Part shown: positions 35,401 to 44,636 of the stretch, piece by piece
Layout of the letters: each line of letters begins with the position of its first letter
Numbering within the stretch: the stretch's first letter is position 1
Assembly: GCA_965644315.1 (NCBI GenBank)
Contig: CBFFRQ010000042.1
Location: 558,001 to 622,000, forward strand
Reading direction: 5' to 3'
DNA: 64,000 nt
Source of the DNA: Caecitellus pseudoparvulus
Taxonomy: Eukaryota > Protista > Bigyra: Bicosoecida
Translations under genes and position numbers: made by a program
Notes under the pieces: model-generated
What the model was told of the DNA's origin: nothing
The model's input: the letters and a program-made list of their open reading frames with translations, nothing else
The model's database searches: none

Positions 35401-36387
35401 ACGGTGCTGTCGGCCGCCACCGCCACAGTGGCAAAGTACGAGAAGCAACTCAGCGATGTGCACCGCAAGTACGAAACATGCCTAGACATGTGCCCAGCGG
35501 AGGAGGACGAGGAAGACGCGGAGGCAGCCGACGGTGCGGCAGCTGCAGATGTGGGTGGCGCAGCCACTGCCGTGCCCCGCAAACCGCCCACTCTCAGCGA
35601 GGAAGAGCTGGCGAGCGCCAGCAAAGATCAGATGCGAGCCACCATTGCTGTGTTGGAGTCGGAGATGAAAGCTCTGGAGGGTGATGTCAACTTGGCAGCC
35701 ATCGCCGAGTACCGTGCGAAGGAGCGGGAGTGGATCCGGCGTGTCGGCGAGCTGGAGGGGGTGTCGCAGGCCCGGGACAAGTCTAAGCGCGAGTTCGACG
35801 CGCTGCGCTCCAAGCGGCTGGACGATTTCATGGCAGGCTTCCGCGTCATCACGCTGAAGCTGAAGGAGATGTACCAGATGATCACCCTGGGTGGTGACGC
35901 GGAGCTGGAGCTGGTGGACTCCCTGGACCCGTTCAGTGAGGGGATTGTGTTCAGCGTGCGCCCGCCCAAGAAGTCCTGGAAAAACATTTCCAACTTGTCG
36001 GGCGGCGAGAAGACGCTGTCGTCCCTGGCTCTCGTCTTCGCGCTGCACCACTACAAGCCCACACCCCTGTACGTCATGGACGAGATCGACGCTGCGCTGG
36101 ACTTCCGCAACGTCTCTATCGTCGCAAACTACATCAAGGAGCGCACTCAGGACGCCCAGTTCATCATCATTTCCCTGCGGAACAACATGTTTGAGCTGGC
36201 AGACAGGCTGGTCGGAATCTACAAGACGCACGACGTCACCAAGAACGTCACCATCAACCCCAAGGCGTTCGCGGCCACAGCAGGCAGTGAGAACCCTGCT
36301 GCCTCAGCGGCTGGTGGGGGCAAGCTCGCTGCCCGGGCGCCCGCCGCCCCTGCTGAGGCCCTCGGGGACAGCACCAATGTCGCGTGA
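32452..36387 (+). CDS. SMC4: Condensin subunit SMC4, intronless
   Basis: ENFKSYGG, Walker A GPNGSGKSN, NNRFLILQGEVEAISMMKPK, hinge GRLGDLGTID, DSLDPFSEGI, signature NLSGGEKT and Walker B YVMDEIDAALD. Confidence 0.97.
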   Translation: MAAVEAAAAPADRLMISKIETENFKSYGGVKVLGPFHKRMTCIVGPNGSGKSNSLDALVFAFGKRASKLRLKKLSELIHKSEAYPDCTFCRVSVTFQRIVDTGPGDEDFDVVPGSQFVVTREAYKPSGSKYLVNGKGASFTEVNELLVSHGVDLVNNRFLILQGEVEAISMMKPKGSDKGDEGLLEYLEEIIGSNKYIAPIAEAGEKLAQFDELRSEKLARVRVAEKEKGGLESAKVEAEEYLDKQRGMLTAQSALLQVHVKESSEAVAAAKSKRAGLAERLETERERLAAAEQQVGELAEEHGSVTSALSAARKEAEAHRKAYTDCEKQDIKLRAEVKAAKAKAKKAEKALASHAEKAEAAAKEGDALSSKLPELELRVEEATERKAAAEAELQAVYDGLKDKSSGLREALEAAQADLAPWAEQVTQASAEKAQAETALSILREQTQGAAAELAKVQDTIKALTQELSASQQRLEKAEAAAEAAAASLQAAKARLQEAEAAYAQAEAAAKAARGIFEDKKEALSATSSRGALLSGLMSATAPGKPLASAGLAGRLGDLGTIDPKYDVAVSTACGALNWLVVDTVEGGQACVEYLRSRRLGRAKFIMLDKIGWAAEGMAKSAGLRTPEGVPRLFDLITPVDEKYSTAFYYGLRNTLVAEDLDQAVRIAYVNGKCRWRVVTLAGEMIDTSGTMSGGGKTVRKGFMRTAAPAGAAAARGSASAPLPAAASIVTPQDVAEAEQQLSVAMAALTAARTERDEATTALASAEEAASSATLQELRQVVSTLTVKLQAAEREAATLEQEAAAAGDLSAADEAALADAEAALEAATKAHAKACAHAAKYETKVAALEAKLAGVGGDSVAGAKKAVSAATAALDASRRAVAKAKAEFKQSAKAAEKAAAAIAKCEADAEASRAKVAELKAAQDALVEDATAALAARDTAAAAEEEARGAAADVGKRLDAVRSTLQGIRDTELDIATAMQEVDTVLSAATATVAKYEKQLSDVHRKYETCLDMCPAEEDEEDAEAADGAAAADVGGAATAVPRKPPTLSEEELASASKDQMRATIAVLESEMKALEGDVNLAAIAEYRAKEREWIRRVGELEGVSQARDKSKREFDALRSKRLDDFMAGFRVITLKLKEMYQMITLGGDAELELVDSLDPFSEGIVFSVRPPKKSWKNISNLSGGEKTLSSLALVFALHHYKPTPLYVMDEIDAALDFRNVSIVANYIKERTQDAQFIIISLRNNMFELADRLVGIYKTHDVTKNVTINPKAFAATAGSENPAASAAGGGKLAARAPAAPAEALGDSTNVA

Positions 36388-36462
36388 TTGTGAGCGCTTG
36401 CTGCGCCACAACCGTATGCCATGAAGGCTTTGTATTGCAATGCAGCACCGCGTGCCACCGTA

Positions 36463-38844
36463 TCATGCTTGTGGTTTCGCGTCAGCGCCAGCATCTGTGA
36501 CGTGCCCAGGGGTAGCTGACGGCACCTCCAGGGAGATGGTGGTGGGCGGCGACCTTGGCCCCTGCAAGTCAATGTGCTGGATGGTGCCGGGCGGGCCCAG
36601 CGATCCCGCAGTCGAGACTTGGCGGGTGGTGGCCGAGCTGGAGTCTATTGGGCGTGGGGCGCCACTGGCAGCTTGCAGAGAGCCATCGGGGGCATCCGCC
36701 CCGGTGCTGCGGGCTGCGCCTGCAGGCACACCGCCCAAGTTCGTCTCAGCAGCCGCTTCCGTGAGGGACCTCGCCCCGGTTGTGATGATGCGCACCCCGC
36801 CCAGGGCATTGAGCTTGAACGGAAACTGCGCATCTGGGCAGGAGATGAACATCATGTTGGGCTCCACGCCAAACTGTGCAGACACCTCCTCGATGGCATG
36901 AGGACCGAAATCTCCCTTGACCAGCACCAAGTCCACGCGAAGCTTGGGGTACAGCTGGTCCAAGAGGGCGATGTTCCGGCGCAGCCCCTCCGGTTCAGGG
37001 CGCTCGTCCGAGTAGCAGTGCACCATGAGCAAGGTGCTGGTCTGTTCGTTTGAGCGCACGTACAGGATGGCCTTGTTCATGGTGACAAGGTCGTCATCTT
37101 TGGTGAAGAAGACGATTTTTGAGGCGTTCACTTCCGTGATGCTCTTCTCCAGCCGGCTCTGGCAGGTGTTGTGGCAGCCCAGCACCCACGAGAGCACTGA
37201 CCTTGTGGAGGCGAGCAGCAAGCGGAGGAGGAAGGTGCGCTGGAACATGACGGCGACAATGGCGACAGTGCAGCCAAAGTAAATCATGAAGTACTGCGGC
37301 ACAGTGGGGTTGCGCAGGATGTTCCCGACCAAGCCCGCCACGACGAGGGCCAGGGCGAGGAACAGCACAGCCCAGTTGCTCTCCACATCCCTGGGGAGGT
37401 GCGGGCGCTTCCACTTGAGGAGCATGGTGCCCACTGCGAAGAGGGCCATGACAGAGAGGAAGGAGAGGTTGTACACGCCTGACAGCGTCTCCACATTGCC
37501 GTTCAGCAGCAAGTAGAGGGATGAGGCGACCCCAAAGAAGCCCAAGATGATCCAGTGGTTGGTGCCTCGGCAGGAGTTCACGGAGAGGAGGAAGTCTGGC
37601 AGGCAGCGATCCAGGGCCATGCGCCGGATGAGGCCCGTGACCCCCACGTACGCGGTGAGGACAGCCCCCGACAGGACGATGACTGCGTCCACAACCACCC
37701 ATGTCTTGAGCCACTGCCCACCAACCACGTGGGCCATCTCAGCCAGCAGGTGGGTGTTGTTCTCACGGATGGACTTCATGGGCATGACTGCCAGGGACAG
37801 GAACGACAGCAGCGGGTTGAAGAAGCTCACTGCAATCCACATGTTGCGCAGGGTGAGCACGAACACGCCAGGTGCCTGGTCCTCCACATAGTTGGCTGAG
37901 GATTCGAAGCCTGAAATGCCCAGCAGAGCGGCTGAGGTGCCAAAGAACAAGGCCCCCGCGGCACCCCCCTTAGAGATGGTGTCTTGCTCGAACTTGATCT
38001 CTGGAAAGGGCTCCGCAAAGTTCCTGTTCCAGGTGTCAGGGCCGTGCTTGGCAGCGAAGATGATAGCGACGACGACCAGCACGAGCAGCGTGATGAGGTG
38101 CCCGATGAAAATGGCCAGCGCCACAACGGCCGACTCGCCGATGCCCCAAATCGTCAAGGCGGCGAAGATGGCCAGGACGACGATCGTGGCAGCCTCCACC
38201 GGCAGGTCCGACCAGAGGGTCTTGAGGTACAGCATCGCGTCTGCGCCAGACACGACGCCCGTCGCGATGTAGCTGAGCATGGTCAAGCATGCGGCCAGAG
38301 CAGCGACCTGTTTGCTGGTGGTGTTCAGGAGGATGTTGTAGGCCCCCCCGTTGACAGGCAGGGCGGTGACAGCTTCGCCGTAGATGCTTCGAAAGCAGAG
38401 CAGGATGAAGGCGACAACAAGCAGGCAGAACGGGGCCATTTGCCCTGCTGTCGCAGCACACAGTCCAGAGACATACAGGCAAGATGACGTGATGTCGTTC
38501 CCGCAGATGGCGGTGGCCAGGAACTGATTCAGCTGCACATGTCTGCGCCAGGGTCAGCGCGAAAACGACCAGGGTGGTCATGGCTGCCACTCTGCCGCGC
38601 GCACGGCGACTTACGGCTTGAATTTCCCTGAGCCATGAACACTGGAGCTTTCTGACAACTTGAACTTTTTCACCTTGCCCCATCCTGGAAATTGCCACCT
38701 TTCAAGGTGCTCTGCACCGGCCAGGGGGAGAGTGCCAGGGGTGAAGCCATTCGATTTCCGCATGCATCACGCACTGGGGGCTGCGCCGCCTTGACCATGG
38801 GAGGTAGGGCTCAGCAGTGGTGCTTCAGCGGTGTCTTGCGACAT
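36463..38844 (-). CDS. APC-superfamily amino acid permease with cytosolic C-terminal domain, 3 exons
   Basis: ATAICGNDITSSCLYVSG, GISGFESSANY, about 12 TMs and NKAILYVRSNE. Introns 38712-38774 and 38543-38614 give MSQDTAEAPLL...WQFPGWG in frame. Confidence 0.88.
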
Positions 38845-39075
38845 GGTTGACGATAGCACCAGGAGGGTTTCCAGTCAATGTCCTGGGCTCTAGGCAAGCG
38901 GGGCCCCCGTTCTGAGCTACGGTCTTCGCTGGAGGCCAGGGCTGAGGGGCACCGCAAGGTGGCGGTGCGGCAGTGTCAATCACGTGGTACAATTCTGTTG
39001 ACGTTCCACTCACGCAAGTGATACTTGGCTTACTGTCTTTTTGTAATTGCCACGTGCCTCTTCCCTCCCTGCACC

Positions 39076-39873
39076 ATGGCCCTGATGCTTGCCTCTGCCC
39101 GGCGTGGCGTGGCGAGTTTGGCTGCCATGCCAGCAAGCCGCTCCATGAGCACCGTGGTGTACGCAAACTACGCCTGTTACGATGGTAACACAGTCATGAG
39201 CATGCGCCCTTCCCTTCCCAAGTTCCGGAGCAAGTCCTACGGCTGGTCTCTCTCTCGACGTGTGAGGGCGTGTGGGCCTGAAACGGCGTGGCGAAACTCT
39301 GTGAACCGCCCCCCCCTCCCGTTCTTGCTCAGGGCGCCGTGGCTCTGGAGTTCAATGAGCGAACCGAGGAGGAAGGCCGCTTTGTAAGCGAGAACCAGAC
39401 CACGTTCCAGCTGGACCTCGCGGAGATCGGTGAAATCGCGGTGGACACCACCGGCCACGTGAGAGGCGGCGCCACAGCGCCAGCTGCTGCCCAGCCCCGC
39501 CCGCACTCCACCACGTCTGCCCGCACAGCTCAAGTTCGTGCACCAAGTCAAACGCGAGGAGTCCCAACCTATTGTGAAGGAGCTGGTCGTGCAGCATGAC
39601 CCCACGAAGCGGAAGGTGACTTTCACTCTGACCGTGAACAACGAAGGCGACGCAGTGACTCGCAGTGTCAGTGTTACTGAGGGCAACTTCTTCTCCATGA
39701 AGTCCATCATGGTCAGCGCACTGCCCCATTTGGCTGGATGGGAGATGATCATGGACCCAAGGTAAGTTCCGCCGCTGCCCCATCTCGGAGCCTGTCATGC
39801 ACGCGTGCCTCCACCCTGACGCCACAGCAAGGTGACCGAGCAACACTACGCTGACCAAGGCGAGCGGGCCTGA
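39076..39873 (+). CDS. Mitochondria-targeted Whirly-family ssDNA/RNA-binding protein, 4 exons
   Basis: Introns 39262-39332, 39459-39528 and 39762-39827. The spliced protein VYANYACYDG..MSMRPSLPKF..RRGAVALEF..FQLDLAEIG..FVH..TLTVNN..VTEGNF..ALPHLAGW aligns with plant WHY2 (RRGS.M.F...FALS.TEVG...FFH...LSVNN...VTKAEF...ALPHIMGW). Arg/Ser/Ala presequence present. Confidence 0.8.
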
Positions 39874-39925
39874 GCCCAAGCAGCTGCCCGTCCACAAAGG
39901 GCTGCCTGGTGACAATGCAATGCAT

Positions 39926-42274
39926 TCACGCTCGTGGCTCCACTTGCTGTAGCTCTTTGAGCAGGTGCTGCGGGTCAGGGTCTTGCCCGGCGAAGGCCTT
40001 GAATACTTCAGCTGGGTGCTGTCCGCCGCCTTGTGCCAAGACAGTGTCTCGGAAACGCCGCAGCACTTCCGAGACTGGGCCGTGGCCACCTTCCTGCTTC
40101 AGCACGGTGTACAGGTTGTCCTTCAGCTGCGGGACCTCTGGGAGGGGAGGGGTGAAGGAGGCCCCCTCCGCTGCCTCCTCCAGCACGTGAAAGGCGTGTG
40201 CCGCCATGACCTCAGCCCACTTGTAACTGTAGTACCCCGCAGCGTAGCCACCGCCGAAGATGTGCCCGAACTGGCACAGGAAGCGGTCGTGGGGCAGGTG
40301 GGGCACCACGGTGTGTGCCTTTGCCACGCCTTGCTGCAACAGCAGCGGGTCGAAGCCCGCAGACCAGGTGGCTGTGTCTGCAGGGTCTGGCGCACCCCCG
40401 CCGCTGGCCAGGTGCAGGTCCATGTCCAGCTGGCCAAAGTACACCTGTCGCAGGGAAGCATACCCTGCCATGTGGTTCTTGGCGGCCTTCAGCTTGGCCA
40501 AGACATCCCCCGGCAAGAACCGCAACACGCCGGCCTGGTACGCCCACCCCTCCATCCACTGTGACGGCACCTCCACAGCATCCCACTCAATGCCTGCGAT
40601 GCCGGCGACACGCACATCCGACTGACGCGTGAGCATGTGCTGCAGGCCATGCCCCAGCTCATGCAACAGCGTGACAACGTCGGAAAAGCCCAGCAGGGTC
40701 GGCTGGTCTTTGCCAGGGGCGGGCGCGTTGAGCACGACGTGCGCCACAGGCAGGCGCTCGCCATCCACGACAAGGTTCACGCCGTCAACAGGACTGTCTT
40801 GCAGCCCTTCTGCCAGCACAACACTGTTGGCTCGTTGGGTGACGACAGACACCCACGCCCCCGCCCGCTTCTCACCCGGCCGGGCGATGGTGTCCAGGTA
40901 GAAGCCGGCCAGCGGCTTCTGCGACTCGGCGTCGTGCACCATGAAGAAGCGAACTTCGGGGTCCCACACTGACACAGCAGAGACATCCCCTGGCTGCGTC
41001 GTGACTTGCACAGGCTTGATATCGACGCCGAAGAGGCGCGTGAGGAGGGCGAAGACATCCTCCAGCACTGGCTGCAGGGGCAAGTACTGCCGCACAGCCT
41101 CCTCGTCCAGGTCGAAGTGGTGCATGGCATACTGGCGCGACCAGTACAGCACGTCCCACGCCTGCAAGGATTCATCTGCCGGGAAGCCCCGGCTGTGGGC
41201 AAACTCTGTCAGCTTGCGCATGTCCTCCTGTGCGGCGGTGTGGGACTTACCGTGCAGCATGGCCAGCATGTCCAGCACGACGCTGGGCTTCCCTGTCATC
41301 TTGCGATCCGTGCTAACGTGGGCGTAGGATTTGTACCCCAGTGCCGTGGCCAGGGCCTGGCGCCCACCCAAAATGCGACTCAGGATGGGGCCATTGTCAT
41401 GCGGAGCGGGCGCCTCAGCCTCTGCCACGAGCGGCTCGGGGGCGGTGCTGTGCAGACCCCAAGACGAGGGGACAGGCACCCGGGCAAGCTCCGAGGCACG
41501 CGTGATGCTAGCTGTGTGCACAATTTGTCGTAGCTCCCGGTTGTGCAGCTGGGTCAACAGCTGTCGTGCCAGCGCCGGGTGCGCTGCCACTTTCCAGCTG
41601 CCGTCGTCGGTGGCCATTTGCTGCAGCAGTGAGTCACTAGCGCCATCCAAGTCCCGTGCATCATCCAAGACCAAGCTCCACTCCTTTGTGGATGAAATGG
41701 TGTTGTTGGAGAATGTCGTGCTGAGGCCCGCCAGCCCCTGCCTCAGTGCTGCCACGGCTGCTTTCTCAGCCTCCGGCAGGCCAATGCCAGCTTGCCGTGC
41801 AGCGAGGAGCAGAGCTTTCACGGCCCTTAACTCCGCTGGAGTCAACTCGCGCTCCGCATCTGCGCCGTCCTCGAGCCACTGGCTTAGCGTCTTCATCAGC
41901 TCCTCGTGCTGGCCAAGGGCGGTGGCCGCCGCGGTGCTGGCCTCCCGCGCGCGCTCGTACTCTGCCGTGACCGCATCAGAGTTGCACGTGGCGTTCAGGT
42001 GCGCAAGGACACTTGTAGACATGTCAAGTTCATCTTCCAGGCGCGTCAGTGCGCTTTGCAGCTCGTCGTACGTCCTGAAGGCGGGTCGTTCCCCCGAGGA
42101 CAGCTGCGCCAGGACGCTCTGCAGCTCACTGGCCTTGGCCAGGGCTTGCTCCGCGACCAGGGCTGGGTTGGCCCGTGCAGCAGCCCACTGTGGAAGGACG
42201 CTCTGGACGTGAAAGGAGCGCGCACTCCTGGCGCTGTGCGTGACCACGGCACGCCTGACCGATGTGCCGAGCAT
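39926..42274 (-). CDS. Oligopeptidase A (M3A family, PrlC/OOP-like), probable organellar presequence
   Basis: Zn motif TLLHELGHGLQHML, IEWDAVEVPSQWME, RPGEKRAGAW and FGHIFGGGYAAGYYSYKWAEV. Confidence 0.95.
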   Translation of the reverse strand: MLGTSVRRAVVTHSARSARSFHVQSVLPQWAAARANPALVAEQALAKASELQSVLAQLSSGERPAFRTYDELQSALTRLEDELDMSTSVLAHLNATCNSDAVTAEYERAREASTAAATALGQHEELMKTLSQWLEDGADAERELTPAELRAVKALLLAARQAGIGLPEAEKAAVAALRQGLAGLSTTFSNNTISSTKEWSLVLDDARDLDGASDSLLQQMATDDGSWKVAAHPALARQLLTQLHNRELRQIVHTASITRASELARVPVPSSWGLHSTAPEPLVAEAEAPAPHDNGPILSRILGGRQALATALGYKSYAHVSTDRKMTGKPSVVLDMLAMLHGKSHTAAQEDMRKLTEFAHSRGFPADESLQAWDVLYWSRQYAMHHFDLDEEAVRQYLPLQPVLEDVFALLTRLFGVDIKPVQVTTQPGDVSAVSVWDPEVRFFMVHDAESQKPLAGFYLDTIARPGEKRAGAWVSVVTQRANSVVLAEGLQDSPVDGVNLVVDGERLPVAHVVLNAPAPGKDQPTLLGFSDVVTLLHELGHGLQHMLTRQSDVRVAGIAGIEWDAVEVPSQWMEGWAYQAGVLRFLPGDVLAKLKAAKNHMAGYASLRQVYFGQLDMDLHLASGGGAPDPADTATWSAGFDPLLLQQGVAKAHTVVPHLPHDRFLCQFGHIFGGGYAAGYYSYKWAEVMAAHAFHVLEEAAEGASFTPPLPEVPQLKDNLYTVLKQEGGHGPVSEVLRRFRDTVLAQGGGQHPAEVFKAFAGQDPDPQHLLKELQQVEPRA

Positions 42275-42388
42275 TGCGTTTCACAGGCGTTGCGCTGGGC
42301 CAAATTCGTTGCAGGCGGATGCCAGGCGGACAGCTGTGGAAAGAGGAAGGCCGCAAGTGTGAGTTGATCAGTGGCGAGCTACAGCAAT

Positions 42389-43072
42389 ATGGCTGCAGGT
42401 GAGTCGGGACAGGCGCCTGAACTCCTCATTTGCATGCGGCACGGGGACAGGGCTGACATGGGCACCTGCCCTGACTCACTGAAGTCCTGGCACGATGTCG
42501 CCACGCGCCCGTTTGACACACCCTTCGTCGCAAACGGACTGGCCCAAGAGCAGGTGGATGCCATGAAGAAGGGCGGCGTGGAATTCCAGGCAGTGGTCTG
42601 CAGTCCCTTTCGGCGCTGCATTCAGACAGCTGTTGCAGCTGCCCAGCACGCAGGCATTGCGCGCATCTCCATTGACAACCGGCTTGGGGAGTTCATGCCG
42701 CACGTGTGCACAGCGCTGAAAGGGGCAGGGCTGCAGGCGTCGTCCTTTGCGTATGTTTCCGAGGAAGAGGCTCAGGCGCTGGCTGGGGACTTGACTGTGT
42801 GTTGGGAGCGCGACGCCAACGTGCCGCGTGTGGATGAGCAAGCGCCAGAGCTGCTTTCACGGGTGCAGGAGGTGGAAACGCTAGCTAGGGACTGTGGCGG
42901 TGCACAGCGCGCCAAAGGCGTCCTTGTGGTCACCCACGGCGATATAGTCAGCATGGCCCGGCGGCTGTGGGAGCCACAGGAAATCCACGCAGTGGATACG
43001 TGTGGCTGGTTCGCTGTGGACCTGGCAAGCCAGGCGATTGTGGGGGGCGGGCGCCTGGAGCGGATCATGTAG
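42389..43072 (+). CDS. Histidine phosphatase / phosphoglycerate mutase family
   Basis: MRHGDRAD, CSPFRRCIQTA, LGE and VLVVTHG. Confidence 0.88.
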   Translation: MAAGESGQAPELLICMRHGDRADMGTCPDSLKSWHDVATRPFDTPFVANGLAQEQVDAMKKGGVEFQAVVCSPFRRCIQTAVAAAQHAGIARISIDNRLGEFMPHVCTALKGAGLQASSFAYVSEEEAQALAGDLTVCWERDANVPRVDEQAPELLSRVQEVETLARDCGGAQRAKGVLVVTHGDIVSMARRLWEPQEIHAVDTCGWFAVDLASQAIVGGGRLERIM

Positions 43073-44145
43073 TGGGCACGATCTGATGGGCTCGGCAGGG
43101 GGCAACCCGGCCCACGCCTGCAACTGCCACGGCAGCAGTGCCCCATGTCCACCGCAGCTGGCGCTGGATGTGCAGGTAGTGTGGCATGGCGGTGGCTAGG
43201 TCTTGCACTTGACCGCTGCCGCCCAGTGGCCCACCCTCGCGGCGCTGGCTGCTGGCCCAGGCACTTGCAGGCGCCTGGGCCATGGGAACAGCCCACTCAT
43301 CTCCAGGTGCGTGGGCTCGGGAGGCAGCAGCCGCGGCAGAGATGCCGGCGAGGCGGCGCTGTGCAGCTGAAGCATGGTTCGCTCGCAGCTGCTGCAAACG
43401 GTGCTTCCCTCGTGCCTTCCACCGCAGCAATGCGAGGAGGCGGGCGCAGAGGCAGGCAGGCACCCCATACATCAGCAGACGGAACACAATGAACAATATT
43501 TTGGTCTGCGTGGAGGCAGCGGCGTCTGTTGCGATGCTGAGGAGGTTGAGCGTGAGGTCCGTGACCAGCCACAGCATGTACAGCACAATCAGCCACGACT
43601 GGCCGAAGCGAACGCCCAGGTACCCTGCAACAGAGCACAGCCCCACCAAGCTCAAGAGTCTGTGTACGGGGGCATGCAGGGGGGGTACAGGTTGCAAGGG
43701 GAGCGCGCTCCGTTCGCTTCTGCTGCGCACCTTCCGCGCAGAGTCTCCAATGCCGCAATGAGGAAGTGAAAGACAGAGAACATAGCCAGTGTGCGTGAGA
43801 CCTGCTGCACCCTACTGTCCCAGTTGGCGCCTTCGCGTAGAAGGCTTGTGATCTGTCGGGCAATGTCGTCGACTTCGGAGGCGCCACCAGTCTCATCGGA
43901 GCTGCCTTCCCAGTGCTGCTTCAGCTGGGCAACGGCGGCGCGGTCTGCGGACTTGAGGCCAAGGCGGGATTCAAACGTGACAGCAAGGATACTTCCGCAG
44001 CAACCCACCTGCGGTGTTCACTGCAATGGCTAGTCGATTCCCGGGGGCCTGCGCAAACGCCACCAACGCGTGCGTGGCGTGGTGGAGAAGGATGCCTTTT
44101 CTCTCCACTGCGCTGACGCACGACAATGAGGGCAGGGCGTGCCAT
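43065..44145 (-). CDS. Hypothetical multi-pass membrane protein, 3 exons
   Basis: Introns 44009-44121 and 43660-43730 join ORF pieces in frame; about 4 hydrophobic segments. Confidence 0.55.
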
Positions 44146-44636
44146 CAGCTCGTGGCTGACGCGGCTTATTAAATCTGGCCGTGCAGCACGCTGCCTGTGT
44201 TGACTGTATCCGTCGTTCACGCGCAGCTGTTGCTGGGGCAACGCCATGGCGTGTGATGCAATTTCCGCAGAGCTGCAGGCGACCCTTGAATGCAGAAGCC
44301 TGTACGTTGGTTTCCGTGAAGCGCCGGCATGTCCAGCGCAGAGGATGCCAACATTGTGGATTTCTTTTGATAGCGTGCACCGGGGGTTGTTTCGTTCAGA
44401 CGTTTTGTGTGCACAGCCAGCTTGCCCAAGTAGCTGCCGGCACAGGGTGCCTTCGTCTGAAGGGGGGCTGCCTCACGTGCAACAGAAAGCAAGCACCCTT
44501 TGCCTGCACTTTCCAGTTCAACACACACCGTCCATCGAGGCGGAGGCGTGCCGTTGTGGCCGGAGCTGTTCCACTGCGCTCCGGAGGGCTCACCAACTGC
44601 AAGCAAACTGTGGGGAAGCGAGGACCAGCAGCAAGC

